Shown: positions 23,860 through 38,387 of the stretch, one piece after another | Numbering within the stretch: position 1 is the stretch's first letter | Layout of the letters: each line of letters starts with the position of its first letter | NCBI RefSeq assembly: GCF_035084215.1 | Contig: NC_090340.1 | Location: 4,278,001 to 4,342,000, forward strand | Reading direction: 5' to 3' | Length of the DNA: 64,000 nucleotides | DNA from: Heptranchias perlo | Taxonomy: Eukaryota | Program-made: the position numbers and the translations under genes | Notes under the pieces: generated by a model | Seen by the model: the letters and a program-made list of their open reading frames with translations, nothing else | Database searches by the model: none | Told to the model about the DNA's origin: nothing

Positions 23860-25200
23860 TTTTCCACAATTCCATGTTTGAATCCCTCCAATTTGATTTC
23901 CACAACTGCCACAGTACTGAAACGGCCCTTCTCAGTCACGAATGACATCCTATGTGACTGTGACGATGGTAAACTATCCCACCTCATCATTCTCGACCAC
24001 TCTGCAGCCTTTAACAAGGTTGACACAGCATCCTCCTCCAATGGCTCTCCTCCGTCGTCCAGTGGGTGGGGTTGCACTTGCCTGGTTCCATTCTTATCTA
24101 CCCAGTCATAGCCTGAGAATCTCTTGCAGTGACTTATCTTCCTTCCCCCACACAGTTACCTCCAGAGTCCCCCAGTGGAGCTATCCTTCGTACCCTGCTA
24201 TTTCTCATCTACATTCTGCCCCTCGGCAATATCATCAGAAAATACAATGTCAGGTTCCACAGGTACGCTGGCGGCACACATTTCTATCTCACCAGCACTT
24301 CTCTCGACCCCTCCAGAGCCACTGATTTGTCAACCTGCTATTCTGACATCCAGCAATGGATGAGCAAAAAAAATCTTGAATTAACTATTGGGAAGGCCAA
24401 AGCCATTGTGTTCAGTCCCCGTCACAAACTCCGTTCCCTTGTAACAACTCCATCCAGCCCCCTGGCCAGGATTTGAAGCTTATCAAGACCGTTTGCATCC
24501 TTGGCGTCCTTTTTGACTCTGAAATGAGCTTCCAAGCACATATCCGATTCTTCACCAAAACCATGGACTTCCACCCTGGTAACATCGCCTGTCTCCGCTC
24601 TTGCCTCAGCTCATCTACTGCTGAAACCTTCATCCATGTCTTTGTTATCTCTAGACTTGACTATTCTAATGTTCCCTTGACCGGCCTCCCATCTTCCACC
24701 CTCCATAATCTTGAGCTTATCCAAAGCTCTGATGCATGTATCCTATTCCCGTTCACATATCACCCCCTATGCTCATTGACCTACATTGGCTCCTGGTCCA
24801 GCAATGCCTCGATTTAAAAATTATCTTCCTTGTTTTCAAATCGCTCCATGGACTCGCCCCTCCCTATCTCTGTAACCTCTCTCAGGCCTACAACCTTCCT
24901 AGATCTCTGTGCTCCTCCAATTCTTGCCTCTTGCGCATGCCCGATTTCAATCGTTCCCCCACTGCCGGATATGCCTCGCAGTTGCTCGGTCCTAAACTCG
25001 CGAATTTCCCCCTCGCCCAAACCCTCTCTCCTCCTTTAAGGCACTCCTTTTCACCTACTCCTTTGACTAAGCTTTTGTTCACCTATCCTTATACCTTCTT
25101 ATTTGGCTTGGTGTCACATTTTGTTTGATAACGCTTCTGTTAAGCACATTGAGAAGTCATGCTACGTTAAAGGCGCTATATAAATGCAAGTTGCTGTTGT
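23860..25200 (+). mobile_element. L2 LINE 3' part
   Basis: ILDHSAAFNKVD, LFLIYILPLGNII, ISRLDYSN; tail aggcgctatataaatgcaagttgctgttgttg. Confidence 0.9.
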
Positions 25201-28200
25201 TGTGTTCATTATTCAAACTGATAGAGGCAACGACACGACTATTTCCAAGAGAAAGCTATCAACTGACTATTCCTAACTACACATTCCTGACTTTCACCAG
25301 ATTGTGCATTGATTGAAGACTGATACCGTTCTCGTAGGTCCTACAGTAACGCGTCTTTTCCATGACCGACAGTTGGTGCTGCAATTGACCTGCTTCTACT
25401 TTATACACTCAATAACTTCTCGTGTCCAATTAAGTTACATGTTCCCATAATATTATCATCTCCTCTCAGTCGTGAACCCAGGATGAACCTTACGAGCAAA
25501 TAACTTATTAATTTTGAAAGACAGATGAGGATTTCTCTCACAGTGTGGTCGAATACATAATTGATACTTTTACTTAAATTGCTGAGTTCTTCTGTGTACT
25601 TCTTTAAAATTATCATCAATATAAAGCATGTTGTCGATATTCAGTATCCCCTGGATCACCAGCTCTTTGATCGCATCTATTTTAGATGTATACATTTATT
25701 TTTGTTTCCTCTATTGAATTTCTCCTGGCTTTCCCAGGTTCGTTCCATATCGGATCTATTTCGCATCGCTTTTCAAGTTCTTACACCCTGGAGAACACTT
25801 CCGATTATGCCAGATGTGTCTTGCGTTTCATAATGATTCGCAGAGCTTACAGGTGGTTTAACAATGAGTTTTAAACATGCAAGTGGTACGAATTTAATAT
25901 TTTAAATAATTCGTGCCGTGGATCCTAAGAGACAACAGCCTCTTATGGTACCTTTCGTACCGAAATGTCAAAATGCCGGAAACAATTGACAGGAATTCCC
26001 GGGTTCTTGGAGGCTAATATCTCACTAGGTGACTTATTTTTCAGAGGAGAGTAACTTGCATTCTCTAGGAGCAAAATAATTAAACAAAATCAAACACTGA
26101 AGTCTTTCCCATTCTCTACATTCTTCTGCCATTATGTGGAAAACATGAGTTTAATGTCTTTGTTCTTTATTTTGCATCCCCGAGAACTACCTCTACTCAT
26201 TTAGGCTGTATTATATGAACGAGGTGCTTATTATGTTATTTAGATTCAGGAATGCCCAGTCGCTAAGGACCATTCTGTAGGGTGCACAAACCCATGTGTG
26301 GGTTTGAGTGTTCTCGACCAGAAATCTTTAGTCGTAGCATAGAGACTCTGGAAATTCCAACGGGCTCCTTAACAATTCCACCCATCAAAACATATGATTT
26401 TGAATCAAACTTCCAGGGATATTTCAGAACAACAGTTCCCGGGTCCTAACGCCCGAACAGTTTCATTACTGCTCGCATCTCTTCACTAACTGAATCATTC
26501 TTACTTCAGTTGAAGAATTTCAACTAACTATCTTGCTTTATACTCTACAATTCAACTTAAGTATTTAGTAAGTGACAATTTTGTAAGTAGAGCTGAGGAT
26601 TTGATCTTGGATTCTTAATGACTGAATAATAGAAGTAAAGGTGTGTCACCGCCAGTACCTTTAAAACTGTCTGTAAAAGGAGGGCGGAACCATCTACAGC
26701 TACTATTAAAGGCACAAATGTTTTTTTTTCAATTTCTAACATTGTTACATTTAACGACAGCACCACAGGAACAATGTATAACTAGACAAGTAGAGGGGTT
26801 CCAAAATCGAAGAATTTCCATCTTTGGGAAATACAAGTTTGTTGAAACAAACGGAATCATTGGTTGATTGATTACATTATCACCATCATTACCCTTCATC
26901 ATAAACCTGTGCAGCAAAATCCTGCAGGGGAAGAGCTAATTTTATTTGTTAATCTCATTTAAAATGTATAGTGTGTCGTTGTCTTTTTTTTATGCACACC
27001 AAATATATAATACTAAGCAGGATCACTTCGCTGTCTGAATCGCCCATCCCAGGAAAACCAGCATTGATAATTTCATAATTTGATCAGACACTCGTTCTGT
27101 AACCTCTGGTCAATTAGCACCAATTACTCCAATTCAGACCCAAAACGAAGGAAATCAATAACTCAAAAATATAACGCACATATTGAATTAAAAACATAAT
27201 TAAAATGTAAGGCAGCACATGGTTGAAAACACACAAATGTTACAAATCATCTTCTTTCTTCGGCACACCTTGTAGATAACCTATAAATTCACTGAATATG
27301 AATGAGAAAATGTTAACTCCTGCCGGCAACATCAGAGATTGGATAATCTGTGTAACAATCTTAACGTGAACTAAATTGAGGCCTACCAAGGATTAACACC
27401 TCAGACGGAAAAGGGGCAAATTCAGCAAGAGCAAGGAAGCCCCACAAACCTGGGCTACACACACATTTAAAGGGGCAAAACAAGAGAAATGCTGCAGCCT
27501 GTAACGGTAGAAAAGAGATATTTCCCTCCTCTTTTTTCTCTCAGATTATTTATCTTTTTTTCACTCATTTCAACTTTCAATCTCTGATGTTTATTACCTA
27601 ATCCAGTTTCGTTGCAATGTAAGAAATGGGGCTTCTCAGGCTTATATTAACCTTTCTGTTCCTGGATAAGACCAGTGTGGGCTTTTAATTTCTCTCTCTT
27701 TTGCCTAATTCTGTTGCTACTTTTGGTATAACTAACCGAGGTTCTTCAAGTAACTGCATCACAGCCTTTGTCTCTGGTGTAAGATTCAACTCCTCATTCT
27801 CCTCCGATACAATCTCTTTTAATTGATCACAACGTTTCGAACACTGTTCTCGTTCCTCATTTCTTCGGCTTTCTTTCATTCGAACTTTCCGTTTGTTCTA
27901 CTAAGTGGAATAATCTAAGCAAATATTCATTTTTATCTTGTGCTTTATTCAGCTTTTCTCATAATGTTCCACTTCCCTTCTTGAAGTGTTTATTACTATC
28001 TGTTACTGCTTTTGCAACAACAGATAATCCCTGTGCTACTGCTGTTTTCGTCAATTACTTCGGGTTACTCAGGAAACCCATTTCGAGCACCTGAACTAAC
28101 TTGCTCACAGGGTCGATTTTATTGAAAAAGTCTCCGACTTTCAGGCGATCTCCGCCGTGTCTTGCAAGATATTTATCTCCTGATTTCTCAATTACTTCTG

Positions 28201-28619
28201 CCTCCTGTTTCCTTCCAAATGTTATCCCGCATTTCTATGGGTAGAGTCAATGCGGAGATCGCCAATCTCGGACTCGACGGTCAAATAATCACTGCTTAAG
28301 TTTCTGCCGTGGTTGCCAATGCTCGATTTTGTATCGTATCAGGCCCGGTACTCCATGACCTGCTCCTTCTCTTATCCTTTATTTAATGAACAGTTTAAAA
28401 CCCATGAGATAGTGATAGTCTTGAGACACTATTTGTTTTAAAACTCACTGATATTTACACTTCTGATGGACAATTCCTATTAACTCTAAGACTACTGTGA
28501 TTCGTGTGTGCCAAATGCGACTGCACGAAAATGTTGCAATATTGCACTCCATGAATTTCATAATCACTGGAGCGTGAAAGATATTTCAGATAGAATGAAA
28601 GATTAGATTCACAATTTAT

Positions 28620-29080
28620 CCCAGGAAAAGCGAGGTTGAGTGAGATGGGCCTTTATTCTCTGGAGCTTAGAACAATGAGAGGGGATCTCATTGAAACGTA
28701 TAAAACTCTTAGCGGGCTTGACAGGTTAGATGCTGAGAGGCTGTTTCCCCTTGCTGGAGAGTCTAGAACTGGAGAGCATAGTATCAGGATAAGGGGTCGG
28801 ACATTGAAGACTGAGATGAGGAGCAATTTCTTCACTCAGAAGGTTGTGAATCTTTGGAATTCTCTACCCCAGAGGGGTGTGCCTGTTTAGTCGTTCATCA
28901 CATTCAAAGCTGAGATTGATAGATTGTTGGACTCTAATGGAATCACGGTATTTGGGGATCAGTCGAGAAAGTGGAGTTGAGGTCGAAGATCAGCCGTGAT
29001 CTTATTGAATGGCGCGGCATGCTCGAGGGGCCGTTTGGCCTACCCCTGTTCCTATTTCTTATGCTGTTATGGTCTTATGA
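28620..29080 (+). mobile_element. CR1 3' end inserted in the 5' LTR
   Basis: GLYSLELRTMRGDLIETYK...FFTQKVVNLWNSLP. Confidence 0.9.
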
Positions 29081-29360
29081 TATTAAAAACTTAAACCAGA
29101 CACGTTGTCTCCAAACTAGCCATAATTCTTTAAAATACCCATTTATGCTTCTAAAATTGCATTAAACGTCCGGCTTGCTTAGCTTTGTCCTGCGGAATCA
29201 TAATGAGTTCATCCAAACCACGTGCTAGCCTCTATCACACATACTACATTGTCGTAATACAAAAATATTAATACTGACTTTTGTATTGTTAATCTATTTT
29301 ACTCATTATTATTTCTCACATGAACTAATCTCTCCACCGAATCACGGCCAGTGTATATCT

Positions 29361-29995
29361 ATGATGTGGAGATGCCGATGATGGTCTGGGGTGAACAAAT
29401 GTAAGGAGTCGCACAACACCAGGTTATAGTCCAACAGCTTTGTTTGAAATCACAAGCTTTCGGAGCTTTGCTCCTTCGTCAGGTGAAGTGAAGAGTTGCA
29501 TAAAGGCACTGCATATATAGTCAGAGAACAATGCCTGATGATTACAGATAATCTTTCTAACTGCCCTTTATAACACCTCGGCAGAGAGATAATCACAGCA
29601 ATCAAAGGAGTGAATGTTGTTCAAACAGGTTAGTCAGGGAAACATTACATCCAAGAATACTGAGGTGGGGTCACCAAGGGTCAAATGTAGCAGATGCTGG
29701 GGTATGTATTAAAAGCAGATAACTTTTTTTTGCTGGAAATTGCAGCAGGTCCTGCCGCACCTGTGTATGGAGAACAAGTCAACCACGACTTGAGTCTGGA
29801 TGACTCTACGTCAGGTGGGGTTACACGTAACGTGACATGAACCCAAGATCCCGGTTGAGGCTGTCCTCATGGGTGCGGAACTTGGCTATCAATTTCTGCT
29901 CGACGATTTTGCGTTGTCTTATGTCTTGAAGGCCGCCTTGGAGAACGCTTACCCGAAGATCGGAGGCTGAATGTCCTTGACTGCTGAAGTCGTTC
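29361..29995 (-). mobile_element. Truncated Penelope-like element (second subfamily)
   Basis: C-terminus FSSQGHSASDLRVSVLQGGL...EQKLIAKFRTHEDSLNRDLGFMS (GIY-YIG end); same atgatgtggagatgcc terminus as the other copies. Confidence 0.85.
29450..29487 (-). ncRNA. Minimal hammerhead ribozyme motif
   Basis: UUCAC-CUGACGA-A-GGAGC(AAA)GCUCC-GAAA-GCUU-GUGA. Confidence 0.75.
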
Positions 29996-32900
29996 GCAAT
30001 ATCCAAGTGAGCTCGTCATCACCCATAGGAAAAACAGAGTGGCTCCATATTGAATAGGTAGCCTTTTGCATTGGTGAAATGCGCTCTCCAGTGGCTTGGG
30101 TCTTGCGGGAATTGAACACTATTTTCTGGGGTAGCACAATTGCACCAATTAGGGGAAAGCTGGTACTTCGGAAGTGTTCATGGGGGAGTTAAAGTCAGCG
30201 ATTCGGTCTGTTAAGGGGTGGGGATAGGTTTTAGGATAGTGCAAGCAAGTAATTGCTGTTATGGGAGGTGGGTAGCCATCATACCAGATCCTAAGCTCAT
30301 ACCCGCTTAACCAAAGTGCATTGCGAAGGATTAGTAGCTGTTGGGTTGAATTTCTGAGATTGTCTGTGAATTTGTCATCCACTAACTTCAGCAGAAGAGC
30401 CATGGAATCTTGCAAAACGGCATAAACATTGTTTCGACTGTTCATCTGAGTTTCTGTATTTCTGCCACTGAAGTTACGGTGAAGTCTGAGAACCCCTAAG
30501 CAATTCACCGTTGAAATTTTTAGATTGTGAAAAATTTGCTAGCTCCCAGAGTGCCCAGGGACAAAGGGGAGAATATCTGGTGATTTAACTTGCCTGCCCT
30601 GGACAGGTCACTGGTCTCATTGTGTCAGTGGTCTTCAGTTCTTATCGTTAGAGTGTTGGCACTCAGTGGTACTACCCTCCAATTGGTGCTAATGGCATTT
30701 CTGGCGGCTTTCCTGCAATGGACATCAAGCAGTCTGTGATTCCTCATCTCAATTTTGCCAGATTCCGTGAAATTCGTGAGAAATAGGAGGTAAATTTATT
30801 TCTCTTTTCCAGCACTTCAGGTGGCAGCCATTCCAATGCATCTATCAGTCGGTGGTTCAAACCCAACAGTTTTCTTCTATAGACTGGGCCCACGAGATAT
30901 TCATCTGTGCCCTCTGCAGCATGGCAAGGATATGAGCTCAGCCTACGGAGAGCTGGGTAAAGGGCCGTTCTAGCTTTTTCTCATCTGCACAAGTGCTCTG
31001 TGAATCACTGATCCTCTAAACAACGCCAGTATTGAATTCAGGTCGAGTGATTTTGGATCTTGAAGTGGGCTGTTCTTCTCTTCCTCTGTTGCGATAGGGC
31101 CGTGACATCAACTGGACCTGGAAAGTAAGGTGAGTGACAAGGTTTCACAGTTAGTAACAAGGGTTTGCAGCTATTTACATGGGTTAGCAGAAACCAATGA
31201 GCAGGAGCTCAAAGCAGCAACAGTTTGAATGGGGGAGAGTGTTCAGCGAGCAGCGAAAAGGAAGGTAAGATGGTCAAACAAAGATAGAACGTATGCTCCA
31301 GCCTTACCAATTGCGATCGTTCTGACCAACGCTCTGCCGACTACATGGCGATCTGTTTAATTGTTGACACCACTTGCAATGATGGTAGCCCTCCTCCTCT
31401 CAGATATTTATGCCAACTTGTCCTGCTAGAAAAAAATGATTGCCTTAATATGTGACCTCCTGAAAGGTTGTAAATATGTGTGGCTCGAGGTTGAATCATG
31501 CGTATGATGCGTGGAAGATGCTGCAAGTATGGGATTGAGGGGAATAATTGTAAGCAGAGTAGCAGGTGTAGAGAATGTTCGAAGCAGCAGAAGGTGGTTC
31601 AGTGAAATGCGCTGCTGTGAGTGCTGGGCTCCAAGTGTTTCAGGACTACGCAGAGTAAGTGGGAAGTGAGTAGGAGTCTTACCTTATCACCTCTGGTCAA
31701 ATCATTGAATTGTTTCCCACATTGCTGCCAGGCCCTGGGCTATATGCACCATTCATTCAACTGCTCAGCCACTTCCATGCACTGTTGGCGGGCTAGTTGC
31801 TTTGACACCCTTCTCAAGTCGTCCTCCTGCTGACCACCTCCATAAGGAGCTCCAGCACCGTCCGAGATCATTGGGGCCATTGCAGTGCTCATTCTGATTG
31901 TATTCGCCCCTTTCAAGCACAGTAACATTCAGTACTGGCAAACTGCAGCGCCACCCATTTAAGCGGTACACGCCTTGAAATGACGCCACTGTCGTACGAT
32001 TTTCCATTCTCCTAATGGGCGAGCTGACAACAACCAGCATAGTAGCACAGACAGCTTGTCCACCGTGGTCAACAGAGTCACCAAGCGAATTTGGTTCCTG
32101 CCTCTCGCACACGTCATTGTGCGGGTGCAGCATCACTTCACGCCCCTTTTGGCATACGTTGAATATCTCTCCCCACTCTCAATTACAAGCCACCTCATTT
32201 GACACCGCCCCGCACCTGGTCCTCCATTCTGATCTTCAGTGAAAATTTTCCGACATGACCACATTGACTGCAAAGTCATTCATTAGTTGTGATTATTTTG
32301 AGCAATTCTAAAGTCCTGGAAGCTGCGGAATAAAGGCAAGTTCTTTCTTTTTAACTGCGAAGGATGATGGGATGTTTTTATGTCAAAGACGGAGACCACT
32401 GTCCCATCAATTTCATCTTCTTTCTCAAATAGGTTACATACCACGTTTTTCCCCACCCCAGCTCTGATCCTTATCACTGGGTTAGGGGGTCCCATCTACC
32501 CCTCTAACCACCATATTCATCGTCTGTTCAAAACCGACCTCCTGCTCCCTCCATCTCTTTAAACCAATAGTAGGTGCAATAGTGAGTGTGTATACACGTA
32601 ACCATTATCATTACAAAATAAACTAAATTATGAGTATTTGGAAATATTGGGGTAGATTTGCAACTTGCCTCCCGAGCGTAAAACTGGCGTTGAAGTCAAT
32701 GGAAATTAAATACGGGCGGGGCCCACAATTGGCGGGTGATCTGCTTCACCGGATAACTGCCTGGGCAGTTAACGTGAAACTTAGCTCTATTCTGAACTAG
32801 ATTCCAGCAAAAACTCACAACTCACATATGTCTGTTAGAGGGGTTCAACTAGTCTTTAAAGACACTTCCTTGAAAGGGGTGATGAAGCTGCATGTCTCAT

Positions 32901-33347
32901 CTTCATGGGATCCATGTATCCATTTGGACAAAACATGTCTCCAAGGCATCCACATTCCTTTAACAACGTCTTCTCTTTCTGCAAAGAAAAGGCGGTAAAC
33001 AACCACCGATGGACAACTGTATCTGACAGATAAACGAGAAGATTGAAAACCCACAGTCGATACGAACAGTAAGATCTGCAAATAACACGCAGTCATTCAG
33101 CTGAGGCTGTAGGAGATGTCTGGAACAAGAAGAGTCTGGTTAATGCAGGGCAGTAGAGTTTTCACTGGATTAAATGGTGAGCAATAGTGAGAATGAGGAC
33201 CGGGGCTTGAAAGAGAGGGAGAGTGTCGTTCGTGCATGGGGGGTGGAGTATGGACAGCCATGAGCTAAGGAGTCTAAGGACCCAAACTTACAGCCCAGTG
33301 TTGAAGAGTTTTATGATTAGAGAGCATCGCTCTTAAGCGGAGGCAGT

Positions 33348-36300
33348 AGAATCATAGAAAGTTTACAGTACAGAAGGAGGCCAATTGGTCCATCGAGTCC
33401 GCGCCGGTTTATTGCAAGACAAATCTAGCTAGTCCCGCTCCACAACACTATTCCCGTAGAACGACATTTTTTTTAATTTCAAGGACATATTCAGCTCCCT
33501 TTTGAAGGCCATGATTGAATCTGCCTCCACCATCCCCTCTGGCAGTGCATTCCAGATCCTAACCATTCGCTGTGTAAAAACGTCTTTCCTCATGTCACCT
33601 TTGGTTCTTTTGCCAAACACCTTAAATCTATATCCTCTGGTTGTTGACAATTCCGCTAATGGAAACAGTTTCTCTCTATCTGCTCTGTTTAAAACCTTCA
33701 TCATTTTGAATACCTCTATCAAATCTCCTCGCAACCATCTCTGTTCCAACGAGAAAAAACCCAGCTTCTCCAATCTATCCACGTAACTAAAGACCTTCAT
33801 CCCTGGAATCATTCCAGTAAATCTCTTCTGCGCGCTCTCTAAGGCCTTTACAACTTTCCTCAAGTGCGTTGCCCAGAACTGCACGCAATATTCCAGTTGC
33901 GGCCTAACCAGTGTTTTATAAAGGTTCATCATGACTTCCATACTTCTGTATTCTATGCCTCTATTGATAAAGCCCAGTATCCCGTCGGCTTTTTTAATCG
34001 ATTTCTCAACCTGTCCTGCTACCTTCAACGACTTGTTCACGTACATCCCCAGATCTCTTTTTCTTGTACCTATTTTGGAGTTGTGCCGTTTAGTTTATAT
34101 TGCATCTTCTCGTTCTTCCTACCGAAATGTATCATTTCGCATTTTTTGAGTTAAATTTCATCTACCACGTGCCTTCCCATGGCACCAGCCTGTCTATATC
34201 CTCTTGAAATCTATCACAATCCTCCTCACTGTTTGCTACCCTTCCAAATTTAGTGTCATCTGCCAATTTTGAAATTGTGCCCGGTACACCCAAGTCCAAG
34301 TCATAAATATATATCAAGAAAAACCCAGCACCCAGCACCGACCCCTGGGCAACACCACTGTATACCTCCCTCCAACCGAAAAACAACCGATCACCACTGC
34401 TCTCTGTTTCCTGTCACTTAACCAATTCTGTATCCATGTTGCTACTTCACCCTTTATTCCATAGGCCGTAATCTTGAATATAAGCCTACCACACGGCACT
34501 TTATCAAATGCCTTTTGAAAGTCCATATGCACCACATCAACTGCATTGCCCTCGTCTAACCTTTCGGTTACCTCATCGAAAAACTCTATCAGGACAGTTA
34601 AAAACGATTTGCCTTTAACAAATCCGTGCTGGCTTCCCCTAATCAATCTACACTCGATCAAGTGACTGTTAATTCATTCCCGGAATATTCTTCCTAAAAG
34701 TTTCCCTACCACTGAGGTTAAACTGATTGGCCTGTAGTTGCTGGGTTTATCCTTACACTCTTTTTTTGAACAATCGTGTAACACTTGCAATTCTACAGTC
34801 CTCTGGCACCAACCCGTATCTAAGGGTGTTTGGAAGATTATGGCCAGTACCTCCGCAATTTCCATCCTTACTTCCCTCAGCAACCTAGGGTGCATCCCAT
34901 CCGGACCGGATGAATTATTTACTTTAAGTACAGCTAGCCTTTCAAGTACCTCTTCTTTATCAATTTTCAGCCCATCCAGTATCTCAACTATATCTTCCTT
35001 CACTGAAATTCTGGCATCATCTTCTTCCTTGGTAAAGAAAGATGCTACATACTCATTTAATACTTCAGCCATCCCCTCTGCCTCCACGAGTCGATCTTCA
35101 TTATGGTCCCTATTCGGCCGTACCCCTCCTCTTGCTGCTCCTTTACTGGTTACATGCCTGTAGAAGACTTTTGGATTCCCTTTTATATTGGCCACCAATC
35201 AATTCTCATTCTCTATCTCTGCCAAACTTATTTCCTTTTTCACTTCCCCTTTGAACTTCTTTATATTCTGCCTGGTTGTCAATTGTATTTTCAACGTGAC
35301 GTCTCTCATACGCCCCTTTTTTCCGTTTCATCTTACTCACTATATCTTTTGTCATCCAGGGAGCTCTGGTTTTAGTTGCCCTACGTATTTGACTAATGGG
35401 AATGTGCCTAAACTGTACCCGAACCATCTCCTATATAAATGCAGCCCACCGTTCAATTACAGTTTTGCCTGCCAATCTTTGATTCTGATTTACCCGGGCC
35501 AGAACTGTTCTCATCCCATTGAAATTTGCCCTCCTCCAATTGAGTATTTTTCTTTAGAGTGGCCAATATCATTTTTCCATAGCTATTCTAAACCTAATGA
35601 TAATATCATCGCTGCTCCATAAATGTTCTACCACTGACACTTGCTCCACTTGTACTGCCTCATTCCCTAGAACCAAGTCCAGCAATGCCTCCTTCGCCTT
35701 TGGGGCCGAAACGTACTGGCCAAGAAAGTTATCCTCAACACACTTCAAAAATTCTTCCCCCTCTTTGCCCCGTATGTTATTATTGTTATCCCAGTCTATG
35801 TTAGGATAGTTGAAGTCGCCAGTTATCACTACTCTATACCTTTTGCAGCTCTCTTTAATTTTCCTGCCAATTTGCTCCTCTATATCCTTCCAACTAGTTG
35901 GTGGCCTATAGAATACACCCAGTAGTATAATGGCACCTCTTTTATTCCTTAACTCTAACAAAATAGATTCTGCCCTTGACCGCTCCAGAGCATCCTCCCT
36001 CTCCAGTACTGCAATATTCTCCTTAATCAATACTGACACCCCCTCCTTTCTTTCCTTCCCTATATTTCCTGAGCACCTTGTATCCAGGAATATTTTGTAA
36101 CCAATCCTGCTCTTTTTAAAGCCAGGTCTCCGTTATCGCCATGACATCTATTACCATGTGGCTATTTGAACCTGCAGCTCACTAACCTTGTTTATCACGC
36201 TTCATGAATTTACGCCCATGCACTGCAAACCAGTCTTGGAATTTCTTGTGCTCTCTCTTAGTTTGATCCCACTCAATACTGTACTATTACTTTTTCTAGT

Positions 36301-36630
36301 GCTATCTTTTTCTACCGATCCTTTGTGCTCCTTGTTTCTCCTTTCTACTGCTACAACCTGGTGCCCATCCTCCTGCCAAATTAGTTCAAACCACCCTCCA
36401 CCAACACACCATTAGCAAATTTCCCCACGACGACATTGGTCCCAACTCCGTTCAGGTGCAACACGTTCCAAGTTCCCCAGAACTGATCCCAATGCCCCAG
36501 GAATCTAAAGCCCTCCCTCCAGCACCATCTCTGCAGCCGCGCATTCATCTGTTTTATCATTCATTTTCTATACATGCGAGCTTGTGGCACCGTGAGTAAT
36601 CCGAAGATTACTACCTTTGCGATCCTGCTT
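33348..36630 (-). mobile_element. CR1 LINE, near-complete decayed ORF2 plus ORF1 end
   Basis: APE (VFYRPP, ITGDFNYPNIDW, LLDLVLGN) and RT (SGPDGMHPRLL, NYRPISLTSVVGKL, QGSVLG, LADDTK). Confidence 0.95.
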
Positions 36631-36892
36631 CTAAAGTAGATGTGGTTCCCATTCATATAGTTACAATAATGGAGAAGTGAAACTCCTTATTGTGGGTATT
36701 GTAGCGTGGTGGCTATGGGGCCGGACTAGCATCCAGGCGGTCATGGCAAGTTTTGAAATTGTATTAAGTTAAATTAATTTTTAATTTCTGTATAGATGAC
36801 AATCTCAGAATGGTTCAGTAATGTCCCTCCGAAAAAAGAGCCTGTTATCCATACCTGGTCTGTTCAACATGCGACATTCCACCAGGCTCTTC

Positions 36893-37066
36893 GGGGGTAA
36901 AATTCAACTTCGATGGGAATAAAAAACAGACAATAGTGCATTGGCTGCCCGTTACACGCACCACTTCATTTTGTTTTCCATTGAAGTCAATCGGGCGATT
37001 TGTATAACGTTCAACCGATCTACTACCATCCTTTTTGTGCCCCATTGATGTTGAATTTCACTCCCT
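36893..37066. mobile_element. Palindromic MITE-like repeat
   Basis: ggggtaaaattcaac...gttgaatttcactccc termini; central ccattgaagtcaat. Confidence 0.55.
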
Positions 37067-38387
37067 TAAAATTATGAGGGCAGCTATTGATGGGACCACA
37101 TGCCAAGAACAGAACATTAATTAATACGATCCACTACAAGCATCTGCAACACATTGCAGGATGTTTCCGAGGACAAAAGAAGACCCAGTAGAGAGTGACG
37201 ATCCAATATGGCGCCAGGTGGATGTACAGGAGAGCAGAGATGACCTCCAGAGGGGCAGTTACCAAATCAGCCTGAGAGCATCAGATTTGATCCGATACCT
37301 GGTTGAGACGATTCTTAATGACACTGAATAGGAGCAGCTCTGCGCTTCATCAGTGACTACTTCATTAAGACAAGAAATACATCAAGTTTCTAAGGCTCCA
37401 GACGAACCAATCTAGCCATTCACCGCTCAAACTCATCTGCCTGTAGTCGGCTCTGTGGCACTTTGAAATTGCCATGGATTTCATTACATCTTTTGCCCCT
37501 TTGTCTGTGGAAGTCTTAGTGGCACCATGAGCCACAACTTTATAGAATAGCGCAGATCACCATTTACGCATTGGGAAATACACCTCCACAGAGCAAATCT
37601 GCATTTCCGGAAGATTTGACTAAACAGAACAGTAAAAGTTTCAATTGACGTTCCAGAACACTAAACAACTCAAACTGGTCAGCAGACAAATTAGAACATA
37701 CCTTTAGCTGCTTTGACCGAAACAGCTTAAAGTGGGATCTACCTCATAGATGACATTCTGTAGCCCATACCATCAGTTTTTGGTTGGCATGGAATTAGTG
37801 TGAATATTGTGAAAAATGGACGGGGACTGGCGACGTTTAAATGCGATGGGCCAACCAACTATGACGCTTTTCAGGGGAATGATAGGTTTTTAATGGATCC
37901 TTTGGTTCAGTCAGTTAGTGCCAGATTTTGAGAAGGAGAAATCTCCCCAATTTTCCTTCAATTTGTGCTCCAAAATCATCTAAAATGAATGGAAAATGTA
38001 AGGAAAATACAAACATTCATTCTGCACTCGTTTCACATAAAACTTTGATTTTATATTATCTTCTCTATTAAATATAGAAAATTTGGGAAGTAGAAAGTAG
38101 TGATTAATTGGCCTTTAGAAACTTTTTCGCACAATAAGCTTAGGAGCTGTGCGATGTGGCCTGAATTCCCTCTGTGATGACTATGTAAGCTGAATTTCCT
38201 CTCTCTAAATTCACGTGCGCAGTTTGGCTGTTGCTCCGTAGTCATTACTTTTATTTTATATTTTTCTCTTGGGACCTCTCAGCTCTTTCTCTCCTGCCTC
38301 CTCTCCTTCCTGCCACCCAGTCTTGCAACCTTTCATTTCTCATTTCCAGGGCACTTTGGCCCCGAACCCCTACCCCACGCCATCACT

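Larger units (their letters stand above)
12320..29360 (-). mobile_element. Decayed LTR retroelement/ERV-like provirus, heavily interrupted
   Basis: Two homologous LTRs (12320-12645 + 20060-20319, and 28320-28500 + 29085-29360). On the minus strand, PBS TGGCAACCACGG at 28307-28318 and PPT AAAAGGGAAG then TG at ~20318-20331. No recognisable pol. Confidence 0.6.

Noticed and set aside
26893-26921. Small host exon (cag|GATTTT...GAAGG|gtaatg)
   Set aside because: It lies inside the putative ERV interior, has no partner exons, and gene A already has a proximal leader.
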